Assembly: GCA_973895155.1 (NCBI GenBank)
Contig: OZ316899.1
Coordinates: 9,856,287 to 9,920,286 of the forward strand
Direction of reading: 5' to 3'
Length of the DNA stretch: 64,000 nt
Source: Marsupella aquatica
Taxonomy: Eukaryota; Plantae; Marchantiophyta
The translations under genes were made by a program, and so were the position numbers. Positions 11,605 to 24,031 of this stretch are shown in pieces. How positions within the stretch are numbered: the first letter of the stretch is position 1; each line of letters begins with the position of its first letter. The notes beneath the pieces were generated by a model, which worked only from the letters and a program-made list of their open reading frames with translations, searched no databases and was not told where the DNA came from.

Positions 11605-14230
11605 ATGGAAAAATTACATTTTAAGGCTCTAGCAATCGATGGCACAAATTACTTGTCTTGGTCTTTAGATGTTGAGGCACACCTTGCATCTAAAAATCTA
11701 CAAGATACAATTTTGACTAATACAATACTGCAACAGAAGGCCCAGGCCTTGATCCTTATCAGACACCATCTCGCTGAGCCGCTTAAGACCCAATACCTAA
11801 ATCAATACAACCCAGGGTCCTATGGGACGAACTACAATTACAATTCAACCACATGCGGATGATATCACTTTTTACTGCCCGCCACGATTGGATAAATCTG
11901 TGAGTACAAGATTACAGCACAATTGCGAGTTACAACAGTGAACTGTTCAGAATTACCTCCCAATTAGCAATCTGCGGACATCCAGTCAACGATGCGGAGC
12001 AAATTGAAAAAACTCTTTCTTCTTTTCATGTAACAAACATAGTTCTTGCATCTCAATATCGAAACATGAATTTTATGAGATATTCTCAACTAATATCTCA
12101 TATGCTCCTTGCTGAGAAGCACCAACTCCTACTGCTCCATAATGCAAAGACAAGACTCCCAGGGAGTGCAGCACCTCCACCCAGATCGGAAATTCACCTA
12201 ATCGAATCCTCCTCAAGATTCAGGGGACGAGGACGTGGAGGTTTCAGGGGGAGCAGAGGACGCCAATTCGGAAGAGGACGTTACCAAGGATACAAAGGCA
12301 GAGGAGTAGGTCGACCGGAATTCCAAGAACCCCACCGAGGCACTACTTGGAAGAGAAGAGGAGGCCGCGGATGGAATCAAGGTAGAAACTACACAACGCA
12401 GCCAGGAGATAAGTCCACTACACCTTCTTGTTTCCGCTGTGGTACGACCGAACATCTACAAAAAGAATGTAGAGCTCCTGCACACTTACTTAAACTCTAT
12501 AAAGAAAGTGTTAACAGCAAACAGATGAGGCACAAGGAAATTTCATGGAGATCCAAGAGAATATAAATGACTATACACAAGATACAGTCCTTCCCGAAAC
12601 ACAGGTTGCTCACCTTGATGTGCAATCCCAAGACCAATCAGATCCTTCTAATTGCATAGTAGATAGTGGGACCTCCCATTCCATCCTAAGGAATCGACAC
12701 TTTTTTCGAACAGTTATTCCATCCAAAAGAGCTATAGCTACGATCACAGGCCAGAACCATATTGAGGAAGGGAATGGTCCTGCATCTGTCTATTTCCCTC
12801 GAGGCACAGTCATCAATATAGCCTCGGCAATCTATGCACCCAAGGCCACAAGAAACTTGATCAGTTTCCGAGATATAAGAGCTAACAATTTCCACATTCA
12901 CACAAGCAAGACAACTGACGGAGAAGTCTTACACATTAATGAAAAGTCTCCACTCGGAATGAAAATCCGTGAAATATTGCCTATCCACCCTCCCGGCCTA
13001 TACATTACCACTATACACACATTACATGCAGAAATAGTCCCACTAAACCTTACAGAGCGATGGCATAATTGTTTAGGCCATCCTGGTACAAATATGTACC
13101 ATAATATAATTTGAGATACAGTCGGCATACCATCGGGAGTACGTCCTTCATCCTTGAAGAGTCCATGTCTTGCGTGTTCACAAGGAAAGATGATCATGAG
13201 ATTGGCCACCTCGAAAACAATCCACTCCATCCCTAGATTCCTTGAACGAATTCATGCTGATGTATGTGGCCTGATTGACCCACCATCTGGTCCATTCCGG
13301 TTCTTCCTGGCCATTATTGATGCTTCATCAAAATGGTCCTAGGTCTCCCTGCTCTCAACCCGGCTCTTAGTTTTTCCGCGGATCTTATCACATATCCTGA
13401 AGTTGAAGATGTAGTTTCCTGATCATCCAATCAGAACCCTCAGGGTCGATAATGCAGGGGAGTTCACATCAAGAACTTTCGATGATTTTTGTGACACTGC
13501 CGGAATTGAGACACAATATTCAGTACGCATGTTCATTTTCAAAATGGCATAGCAGAATCCCTCATCAAACGACTACAAATGATTGCTAGACCACTCCTTA
13601 TGCAAACACAACTTCCTCCTACTGCATAAGGACATGCCATACTACATGCAACTGCACTCCTCCGATACAGACCTTCTGCTTTTAACACTCATACTCCACA
13701 TTACCTGGCATTTGGTTTACCACCAAATATGTCCCACTTACGGACCTTTGGTGGTTTAGTTCTTGTACCCATCTTGGGCCCAAAACGGTCCAAGATGGGC
13801 CCTCAGCGACAACGACGGATTTACATTGGCTTCGACTCACCTTCCATTATTCGTTTTCTGGAGCCATCAACAACCAATGTGTTTAAAGCAAGATTCCTTG
13901 ACTGTAATTTTTTTGAAGATGAATTTCCGAGACTAACACAGACACCAGCAGAGATAGCCGCAAACAACTCCTACAATGGCAGACTATTCTACCAGTGGGA
14001 CTTGATCCACGTAACAGACAAGCAGATGAAGAAGTAAGACGAATACTGCACCTCCATGAGATGCTTGAAAAGCTCCTAGATGCTTTTAATGATGTTGCTG
14101 AAGTAACACGCTCTCACACAGAAGCAGCCAATGCCCCAGCCAGAATACTTGCACCAAGCCAACTGGCCATAGAAGCTGCTTCGAGAGCAAAACGGGGTCG
14201 GCCGTCTGGATCCAAGATTATTGCGCAGAT
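11605..14230 (+). pseudogene. Copia gag-protease-integrase remnant
   Basis: NYLSWSLDVEAHL (gag), CFRCGTTEHLQKEC (Zn knuckle), IVDSGTSH (protease), WHNCLGHPG and IHADVCG (integrase). Many stops and frameshifts. Confidence 0.9.
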
Positions 14231-14587
14231 TATCCACTTTCTTACAAACACATAGCTAAAATCTTACGAGAAAACCCACATTCAAAACGAGCAACTACAA
14301 CACACTCCGAAAAACTCCACTCGATATTACTACTAAGATTACTTACCCTAAAAACACATTATGCAAAATTTGTCAATACACGCATAATTAACATACTCTT
14401 CGTATTCACATTATATTACTGTCTTACAACATGACCCTATGACATGTAAAGTAGTGGTACTCTTTCCTTTGGAGGAAAGCAGGAAGGTTTTAAGGAGACC
14501 ATACTACTGAGGGATCATATTAACACTTAGAGTTAGAATCTAATTAGAATGGTTCTTTTCTGCCAAAATCAAAGAACCAAGGGGGAG

Positions 14588-14749
14588 TGTTATAACACTT
14601 AGATTACACTCTAAGTGACCAGTAGATTACACCTCAAGTAACCCTTGGAGGTTAGGACAGTTACTCAACTGCCCCACAATGTAACCCATATATATTGACA
14701 CTCCTAATAGAAGATGCATGTGTGGTTGATAAACATATTGTGTGAAACA
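14588..14749 (+). repeat. 3' LTR of Copia 11198-14749
   Basis: Direct repeat preceded by a polypurine tract. Confidence 0.95.
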
Positions 14750-16302
14750 CTGCATCAACAAATACATTGTACAACCCCATTCATGGGTTTTCTGAAATAC
14801 AAATTGAAGATTGTTGTATGATGACAAAGGTGGCTAAAACCATGTATGCTTGCATTTATATTAGGCAAAATCAGTCAAGAATATCCAGCTTTGTACATCA
14901 CATTGAAGGCAGCAGCCACTGTCGAGTATGTGTAAACTACATTGGCGTAATTGGAAATGTTGGACCTGCATTCAAAATGGACAGCAGAACCTACAACGAT
15001 GCTGAAGTGAAAATGAGCTGAAACTATGCTGCCTAGGTGTCCACTAATTGTCAGGGTACTGCCATCGGTACCCATCAATCAACACTCCATCATCCGAGCT
15101 GCCGTCCGAGTCAAAGGTCGTCTCCTTTGCCTCCTCTCTCTCCTTCAATTTCTGGAGTTCTTGCTTGAACTTCTTCTCTTCAAGTCTCTCTCTGCGAGTA
15201 GTGCCTTCCAACCTCCGACTTATTGTTGCCTTTGGGTGAGCTTGGAGTTAAAGTGGTCAAGCAGTCTCATCAGGTTGAACTGGAGCAGGGGCATTGGACG
15301 CTTCAAGGACCCCACCTGCATTTGAATTATATGGAGTGGGCCGTCTTGGTGCCACTGTGGCAGTCACTTTCATCTTTGGCATGTTGGAGCTCTAAAAATC
15401 AGTCGAGCACAAGTAAACTTAAGATAATAAATATGCAAATGGAGCTCTTCAAAAGGAAACTGAATGCTGCCCTCTTCCTTACCTGAAACCAGAGGCAAAT
15501 TGAACAATGCTAGGGACAATGCTCAAGGCTGGCACCCAATGTTGAAGGTTGCCACCGAAGGTTCCTTTGTCAATTGGCTGAAGGTTGCCACCAAAGGTTG
15601 TGACCAAATGCTGAAGGCAACCACCAAAGGCTGCTATCGAATGTATTGAAGGAATGTTGCGAGACTGAAAAATTGCGGGAGGGTGCGAGAATGAAAACCA
15701 GGGGGCCTGCACTTTGCACTTATTCTCTTCTAGCAGGACTGCAATGCAATATGTTGGGACCTTTGCAAAGTTTGTGAGGTCAGGTGGCAAGCATGTCCAG
15801 CTATGTGAGAAGTTTGCCTACGTGTGAAAGCCCGGTACAATTAGACTTGTCTGTACCAGGAGAGCAAGGGTGTACAGGGAAAATTTAATTCACATGAATT
15901 GGGAGTGAACATTGGCAAATGAAATTGGAGCAGTATGCACTTCACAAGAACCTTCGCAGCCATGCACTTGAAAGGTCTAATGAGGTCATGTGTTAATGAA
16001 TTGCACAAGGACAAGTGAGGGTGAAATGTCCTCTTCAGTGTACATCAACAAAATTAAACCAAAATTTTATAATTCCACTACCCCTACTGCTGAACCTGGT
16101 TGAACAATGCCATGAATTGATTCTGATCTAGCATGGGTTCAAGAATTGGATGTTGTGAGTCCAAAATGGGTTCTTCCTGGCCTACAACAAGAAATGCTTT
16201 GTACTGGTCACCCTCATCAGAGTCATCTTCTATGTCAACCATTGGGGGTGGAGGAGGGGCAGGAAAATCTGGCTGACAAACAAATGGTCATGGATTGGGA
16301 GG

Positions 16303-16884
16303 TTAAACTGGGTGCTCATCAGCAGTTTCGTCCCACACATTAACATTCTGTTGCTGGGAGTCCATTCGCTTCTTCAATTTCATTGCCTCCTCCGGCTTCC
16401 AAGAATTCATAAATTGCTGCAATTCTAGAGACATTCCATCTGTAGGCAAGGAAATTAAAGCCATGGAAGAATTGTTTTCCATAACTCTTGCCCGTTGAGA
16501 GTTAGCAGTTGCCATCTCCATCTGGGCCTGTGCAGTCATCTTCAAAGCATCTTGTTGGTGCTTCAGCCGCTTTACCTCCTCCTTGGCAAACTTATTCCCG
16601 GATGGTCTTTTCTTTGTAGATGACTGTCCACTCTCAAAGGCATCATCCACATCTGCTGCTTGTCCATCCTCATTGGACCCTATGACTTCTGCAGTGGGGC
16701 TGGAGTTCTCCTTGTCTGTTCCCTTCATTGTTGCCCTGGTTTTATTCTTCCCCTTGCCCATGAGATAGTCAACTGGAGTGCACCACCTTGGGCACTCTTT
16801 CAGAATCCAATAACATGAATCAAATGAGAAATTTTTGTGCTTTGGATGATTCTCAATATACAACTCCTTTGCAGATTTACCCAT
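16303..16884 (-). pseudogene. Harbinger accessory (Myb-like/NAM-associated-type) ORF, C-terminal part
   Basis: AKELY...FSFDSCYWILKECPRW and KRPSGNKFAKE followed by a coiled-coil-like tract. It is convergent with the nuclease fragment at 10605-11152. Confidence 0.7.
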
Positions 16885-16989
16885 ATATTTTTTATGTAAT
16901 CCTGGTCAGGGCATCATCCTGGTCAGGGCATCACAGTGTACAAAGGATCCGACGTAGTTTTGGTCCGATTGTCAAGAGATGGTGACGCA

Positions 16990-19706
16990 TTTGGGATGGA
17001 GGCACCAGTAGATAAGGTCTCAAAATATCGACATGCACAATATTTATTGTATTTTATGTTTCTATTCTATTTTTAAAAATTAATTCATTGATTCAAGTTT
17101 TGCAATAATGTGAACTATATCAAGAGTATTTTACAATTTTTATGTGGTTCTATTTGAAGATTTCTCATATCATAATAATATTGTTTTTTGTAGATACAAC
17201 TCATTTGTTGAAGTATGTTGGCGCATTTTCAAATTTTGTTTGCATTCGGAAAGAGCCGAGTATTGTTCGATTAGCTGTTCATCTTGAGAATGAGCAAAGT
17301 ATTGTTTATAGTGAGAACATGACGACTAAGGAGATTTTGCAAGTGAACGGAGAGTGGCAACCACATTGACATAATGGTTTGCCACAAATGTTAGTGATCA
17401 TGGGGCACAACAATATAATTACCATGAGTTTCCATTTCATTATAGTTGGAACAAGAACCAAAAAAATGGATTGTTCATAAGAAAAAGATAAGAGGCCGCA
17501 AATATCCCATTGGCTGTTTATATTTGACTCATCCATGTATTATTTGCATCTTGACTTAACACTCACATAATTGAATTCATTATTATTATGTTCAAAGTAT
17601 GCACTTTAATGAATTTTTATTGTGCAAGTGAAGGAGAACATTATTGAATGCGGTTACTTCTTGATCATATTAAAAGGGCCCTTAATCTTAAATAATATGC
17701 AGAGTACGTGCAAACGCTTGAAGGTTGGTTTTTATTCATTTTGAACTAATAATTATTAATATTACTCGTAACTAAGACAAATTTTTATAGAAAAACAGAA
17801 ATAACAAGGAATAAGAGCAACAGGGTCACAATTGTAGGGGGTTCATTAATTTTACTTGGACTGAGGGCCCATGGTAAAGGGGCTATTTGACACTATCAAT
17901 AATTTCCATGTCTAACATAATTTTAATTTATTTAGGAGCATTTATCCAATGTCCTTTTAATTTATCTAGGAGCATATATTCTTTATTGATGGACTAGATG
18001 GAAATGGAAAAATATTTTTGTACATATAATCTTCTACTAGCAAGGGTTAGATGTGAGGGGCACATTGCTCTTGCCGTGGCTTCATCGGGGATTGCATCCT
18101 TACTATTATAGGGAGGTTGCATATTCACATATTCACGTTTCAAAATCCCACTCATTGTTCACAAAAGCTCTACTTGCAAGTTAGAACTTGAAATTGTGTT
18201 GATAGTAAGATTGAGTTCATAAAAAGTACTAAATTATGAAATTTTGAGCTATTGGTTTGGAGGGGTTTGAATGAATGTTCTTTTTCATAATTATTTTTAT
18301 CATGATGACGTGCAACATATATAATAATGGACTAAGAGTGAAGTGACACACTTGATCCAATGTGCATTGTTGATCATATGGGATGAAGCACCCATGACTC
18401 ATAGACATGCCTTTGAGACTATTAACCGGACATTTCAAAATATATTGAAGTGTAGTTTGCCATTTGGAGGAAATTGATGGTCTTTGGTGGTGATTCTTGT
18501 CAAGTGCTCCTTGTAGTTTGGCATGGAGATCAAACAGTCATCATTCAAACCACCTTCAAAAGATGAAAGTGATGAGACTAAATGAAAAAATGAGACTAAA
18601 AACACTAGATTATATGTTATGCTATCAAGAATTGTTTTACATATATATTTCATACTTAGTGTGTAATATTTTTAGAGCTTTAGTTTATGAAATGTTAATT
18701 TATCTTCGCACTACCTTCCTTAATGTTGGAATAAGGAAAAATAGACTTCCTTATAATTAATTTGCTTAAAAAAAATTGACGACCTTATTGAAAATTTTCT
18801 TATATATAGGAGAAGCGGCGCTTGAACAACAAGGCTTTAGCGATTGGTTACTAGCAATTGGAGAGTGAACTTTACCAACTGAGCCTGATTTGGGTGATGA
18901 TGTCATTTGTTTGTCGCATGATCTGATAATGTCGACTGACCATCTTAGTGACCTTATTTTTGAGATCTATGGCTCACATCCAATAAACTTCAACAATGCC
19001 AACTTTTTAAAAGGTAGATTGTGCTATTTTGACCACCAAGAACAAATATGTGGATAAGGTCAATGAGGAGGTCATTTTTGCAGGAACGTGAGTTTTTGAG
19101 TGCAGATTCAATTATTCCCAATGTAGCAATTGCCTTCATGTATCCCAAAGAGTTCCCCAATACATTATTGCCATCAGGGTTACCTCCACATTAATTGACT
19201 CTTAAGATTGGTGCACCCATCATTGGGCCCATCATGCTCTTGAGAAACATGAATGGGTCAAGAGGACAAGGCATTGACACTCGCTTGATAGTTCATGGTT
19301 TTGGGCGTCATGTCATAGATGCATAAATCATCATAGGGAAGAATATCAGAGATCACATCTTCATTTCACGCATTCCTCTAATTGCATCTGACTTAGGGTT
19401 ACCATTTGATCTTTGTCTATTTCAGTTTCCTATCCGTGTTGCCTTTGGTATGACCATCAATAAGTCTCAAGGTCAAACCTCAGGAAAAATTGGGATATTC
19501 TACCAAACCCGGCTTTCTTGCATGGTCAATCATATTTGGCATTGTCTAGGGTTTGGTTCGCAGACTGGTATTCGCATTATGATAGCAATGAATGCATATC
19601 CTGATAAGGATGATCTCCACACAAGGAATGTTGTATACTGCAAGATTTTAAGATTATTGCCCAATCATGGGAGGGTGCCTATCCATTGAGCTCTTGGTTA
19701 CACTAG
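16990..19706 (+). mobile_element. Heavily decayed Helitron (Rep-helicase C-terminal half)
   Basis: Fragmented motifs PSIVRLAVHLENEQ, FIDGLDGNGK (Walker A-like), AVASSGIA, WDEAPM, PSGLPPH and MTINKSQGQT. An imperfect hairpin and CTAG at 19703-19706 form a candidate 3' end. Boundaries are approximate. Confidence 0.8.
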
Positions 19707-20933
19707 CATGAGCCAGTGCATTGATAAAATGACCTCTGTACTCTGAGCTTCAATGATAAATTATTTCAGTATTTAACAGGTAAATATTCCTTCTTCATTC
19801 ATTTCATTTCAATGCAATGTTAACTTAACGCTCTTTCAATGACATGGATCTTCTTAGCACTTGGAATCTTTTTGAAGAGGGATATATTGTTTACTCCACT
19901 CTCTTTATATTCCATCATTCTACATGCATTGTATTGTATTTGATTTCCTCTTATGACCATTTTTTTGGTTTCTCCTTTTGTGTGTTTTGCAGTTGTTAGT
20001 TTTGGTTGCTTGGCCAGTTCCATGCTCCAAGAAAATTAATGCTGCACTTTTAAGTATTCAAGTAGAATGTGTACTTTACAATGGACTACTTCATGGTGGC
20101 TATCATATGGTATTATTGTTGTTGTCATGTTGACATCTACAAGCCATATAACATACATTATGTACTCATGTTAAAATTTCCACCATTTGAATGAAATTTA
20201 GGGTTTGCCATCAAATTTTGCCTTTTGATGGAAAAATTTCTCAAGTGGGGTTTCCCTTTGTATTTTGATACACTATTGATATTACTTGATCAATCTATTT
20301 GTACCTAACAGTCAAATGAAAGTGGGTCTTCGTTGTAAAATAGTCGGACCTTTGAAGAGTCCAGTTATGGATGTATGTAAAAAGGGCAAGCTTACTTTAA
20401 TATCTTTCGGTGCACGGTGGACAGTGACTGTCCGGCATCCGGTCACTACCAACCTAGATTAGGTCGTTTATTTCAAAACAATTCGGACAAAGTGCCAAAT
20501 CTGTGAATGCCTTCTGTCCCAGGGATATTGGCCTTACTCACCCTGTAGTAGCCGTCGGAGCATGACCTCGCGCATATGCTGTGAGTTGTGCATTTCTACT
20601 TCTTGTGTATGCGGGCGGCGGCGACAACCGCCTGCTGCTTGTGCGAGGGATTTCATTATCCCAATGAGGTGAATATCTATACAGTCAATGAATGTTGGTC
20701 GTGGTTGGCCTGAAGCACGGCATCGATCATCAGCCATGTTTTTGCCTGTCGCATGAGTTGTTGTCTGGGTTTGTGGAGTGTTTCAAGCTTCTGTCTGGGG
20801 TAAGTTTGGGAAGGGAAGCACTGGAAGGAATCTCTCTGATATATTCGTCCCGCACGGATTTTCCTGGCAGGTTTCTCGATCTTTGAGATAGCACATTGTT
20901 AGCTTTATCGCCATCCCTCTAGTCTCGTTGGAT

Positions 20934-21155
20934 ATGGACACCGATCAAGGTAAGTTATTTATCGGGGGGATATCATGGGAGACCACCGAAGAGAAGTTGC
21001 GGGATTACTTCAAAGCGTACGGGGAAGTTGCCGAAACGGTTATAATGAAAGATCGGGCGACAGGTCGGGCTCGTGGTTTCGGCTTTGTAATTTTTGCTGA
21101 CCCTGCAGTCGCAGATCGCGTCGTGAATGAAAAACACACCATCGATGGCAGAACG
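20934..21155 (+). CDS. hnRNP A/B-like RNA-binding protein, coding exon 1 (RRM1)
   Basis: MDTDQGKLFIGGISW...RGFGFV (RNP2/RNP1). Donor GTAAGT at 21156. Confidence 0.95.
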
Positions 21156-21295
21156 GTAAGTATTTTTCGCTGTCCGCCATATGTTTTAGCCAGTTTCCAC
21201 ACTCTATTGTCACATCTTCGGTTGTTGCTTGTTGCGCGAAACATGAACCTCTTAAGCACGTTTCATTTCGTCTGTTCTTTCTAAATTTAACCCAG

Positions 21296-22600
21296 GTGGA
21301 AGCGAAGAAAGCAGTGCCCAGGGATGAGCAGCAAAACATACCTAGGAGCACGAGTGGCGGCTCCGGCCCTGCGAGTCACACTAGGACAAAGAAGATTTTT
21401 GTGGGTGGCTTAGCGTCCACCGTGACCGAGGATGATTTCAAGAAGTATTTTGAACAGTTCGGCACGATCACCGACGTTGTTGTCATGTACGATCATAACA
21501 CTCAAAGACCTCGGGGTTTTGGATTCATCACTTTCGATTCCGAGGATGCCGTGGAGAACGTCCTTCAGAAGTCTTTCCACGAATTGAACGAGAAAATGGT
21601 GGAGGTCAAGCGAGCTATCCCTAAGGAACTATCGGCCGGTCCTGGTCGCAACTCTACGGGCTTCAGCGGAGGAGGTCGTGGGAGTAGCTATGGGGCCGGG
21701 TATGGCCAAAGCTATAGCTCTAGCCCAGGAGGGTATGGCGGTCGAGGGGAGAACCGTTATGGCCCTAGCCCTGGTGGTCGGGGAGGTTATGCAGGATATG
21801 GAACGGCTGGATATAGTACTGCTGGATATGGAACTGGGGCAGGCTATGGGGCAGGCATGAATGGCAGTTATGGAGGCAGTGGATATGGGACCAGTGCGGG
21901 GTACAGCAGTGCGGGTGGAGCTGGATATGGTAGTGGAAGCTACGGGAACACCCCTGGAGGTGGGTATGGAGGTGGGGGTGCCTATGGAAGTACGGCCGGA
22001 GGAGGCTCTGGAGGGTATGGGAGTGTTCCTGTCGGAAGCCGAAGTTCTTGGGGTAGTGGGGGCACGGGGTATGGAAGTGGTGGCAGTTCGACTGGTTACA
22101 CGGGCGGAGGTACTGGTTACGGGGCTACTGGGGCTTGGGGGTCCGGTGGCGCTGGCGCTGGACAGGCCACTGGCAGCAGCGGAGGATACGGTAATGGGGG
22201 GTATGGTTATAGTAGCAGCGACAGTGGGTATGGATCTAATGCTTCTGTATATGGTGGCCGTGGTAGTGGTTATGGTAGTAGCGCTGGAGGTTATGGCAGT
22301 TCTGGAGGAGGTACTGGTAGCGGCTCTTACGGGGGTGGATACAGTGATGTATATGGCAGCTCTGGTTATGCCGACCCAACCTGGAGATCGGCTGCGAGCG
22401 ACTCTTACAATACGGTCACAGCCGGTTCAGGAGGTCCAGCAAATGGAGCCTACAGCATGGGGGCAGCAGCTCCTGCTGATGCATCTGCCAATGGGTCGGC
22501 GGGCTATGTAGGAGGGTATGGAGTAGCAGGAAGGCAAACACAACGAGGGCCTGATGCCCGCTTCAGGCCCTACCCTGCTGCTGGTGACCGCACTGGCTAG
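21296..22600 (+). CDS. hnRNP A/B-like RNA-binding protein, coding exon 2 (RRM2, Gly/Tyr/Ser-rich tail, PY-NLS-like end); 508 aa in total
   Basis: Acceptor cccag at 21291-21295 is in phase (DGRT|VEAK). KIFVGGL...RGFGFI, a long GYG-rich region and a terminal RFRPY. Confidence 0.95.
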   Translation: MEAKKAVPRDEQQNIPRSTSGGSGPASHTRTKKIFVGGLASTVTEDDFKKYFEQFGTITDVVVMYDHNTQRPRGFGFITFDSEDAVENVLQKSFHELNEKMVEVKRAIPKELSAGPGRNSTGFSGGGRGSSYGAGYGQSYSSSPGGYGGRGENRYGPSPGGRGGYAGYGTAGYSTAGYGTGAGYGAGMNGSYGGSGYGTSAGYSSAGGAGYGSGSYGNTPGGGYGGGGAYGSTAGGGSGGYGSVPVGSRSSWGSGGTGYGSGGSSTGYTGGGTGYGATGAWGSGGAGAGQATGSSGGYGNGGYGYSSSDSGYGSNASVYGGRGSGYGSSAGGYGSSGGGTGSGSYGGGYSDVYGSSGYADPTWRSAASDSYNTVTAGSGGPANGAYSMGAAAPADASANGSAGYVGGYGVAGRQTQRGPDARFRPYPAAGDRTG

Positions 22601-23882
22601 TCATTGCTCGTGGAGTTCAGGCTTCTACACCCTTGTTAATAAGGTTTTTTGCTTATCGAGTAGCTGCGAGCGAGGTAGTTAGATCGCCGTTAGGGATCCA
22701 GACCACGCTAATTTCAGGCTTTCGCTTCTTTTATATGAAATGCACTCTTTTTCTCCTTCCTGCTATTTTTTGTTGCCAACTGTCTCTGAGCTTTGGGGTC
22801 GATTTTCTTTCCAGGTCAGAGTGACGATTGAAGCTTGGGTCTCTGGTTAGAAATTTGTCCATCCAGCAGAGATATCGGTTGGTTACTGTCACCTAGATTT
22901 GGCTTACTAAAACATAGAAGTAGAAAGTAAGAGGATCACCTCCGTGGTCTTCAGGATACTTGTCTAGTGTCGAAAGGTATGTTCATATTGACAAGGTACT
23001 GGTCACGAGACTTCGGACTGTTACAAGATTAGTTATTGTCATTGCGTCCGACTTAGGAAATTTGAGTTTTTGCACGCTTCCCCGTAGCGCGCCGTACTTT
23101 ACCGCAGTGGCTACCTAGTCTGAATTTAGGATTTTTACATTAATATCGAAGTGTGGAGCCAAAACTTCCGAGGTTGGATGTGTCCAGATAGTCAGTTTGG
23201 GGACTCGTCATCCATATGGCGTTTGAGCGGTGGTTATTCCTTCAATAAATAAGGGTGAGCCATGCCAAAGGTAGTCTGGTTTACCACGGATAACCGGGTG
23301 GAGGGCTCCGCCTAGTCGCTAGACACGTTCTGTGATTAAATCTATTCCTAATAAGTTAAGGATGGTCCTGACGATCATGATATAATATATATGAAGCTGA
23401 AACTTTTTGCATTTAATGTCCGTAGGAAGTCATTTAATGTTCGTAGGCAGCGATAATCTGTTGATTACCTTGCAATGTGCATATGCTAGTTCGGTCTAGA
23501 TCATTATCTTGGATCGTAAACCTGGATTTTACTGGCATTTTATAGTGTTACAGGCGATCTATCTACAGTAGACCATTATCTTGGTTTTAGACTTGGGTTC
23601 TACTCGCATTGGTATATACTGGTACAGACTATCCTTGGTGATCAATTATATATGAAACGGAATGTGCCCTACATTTTCTTGCTCTAATCCCTGCTAACCT
23701 TTGGGTACAGTATGCGCCATGTGTATATGTATTGTGGTTGCACATCTTCATGGGTAAGTAAGCGGCAAGGACAGGTCTGTCACGATGACATCCTAGTAAG
23801 TTTTGTATAGCAATTATGCAGTTATGCACAAGAGGCGACTTGAAGTCAATCCGTTAAAATTTAGGAGCTCGCATGTACTTTC

Positions 23883-24031
23883 TGTTATAACCTAAACTAA
23901 ACCTTACCTTAAACCTGAGTTATGTTAACTCCAGGTTCGGGTTGATACCCAATGTTCCTACCCCACATCTATATAAAGAACCTACCAGGAGGAAATGGTA
24001 GTTGTGCATATGTTGTATATTTAACCAAACA
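23883..24031 (+). repeat. 5' LTR (149 bp) of Copia 23883-47258
   Basis: Starts tgttataac like the 11198 LTR, ends aaaca, contains TATATAAA and is followed by the PBS. Confidence 0.8.

Larger units (their letters stand above)
11198..14749 (+). mobile_element. Ty1/Copia LTR retrotransposon (Bianca-like), internally deleted, lacking RT
   Basis: 162-bp TG...CA LTRs, PBS-like ttatcagcacg just after the 5' LTR, PPT aaccaagggggag before the 3' LTR, and gag/PR/IN fragments. The 5-bp flanks do not match (ttttc vs ctgca). Confidence 0.93.

Noticed and set aside
14760-15900. Short ORFs and three tgaaggttgccacc-like repeats (about 15543-15630)
   Set aside because: Probably internal Harbinger sequence, but I could not recognise any motif to support a call.
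20423-20457. Hairpin agtgac...gtcact followed by CTAG as a Helitron 3' end
   Set aside because: It is followed by A, not T, lies about 770 bp beyond the helicase end, and sits in the probable promoter of the RBP gene. The 19703 CTAG is the closer candidate.
21861-22511. 216-aa alternative-frame ORF inside the RBP gene
   Set aside because: Shadow frame of GGN/TAT-rich codons, with no independent evidence.
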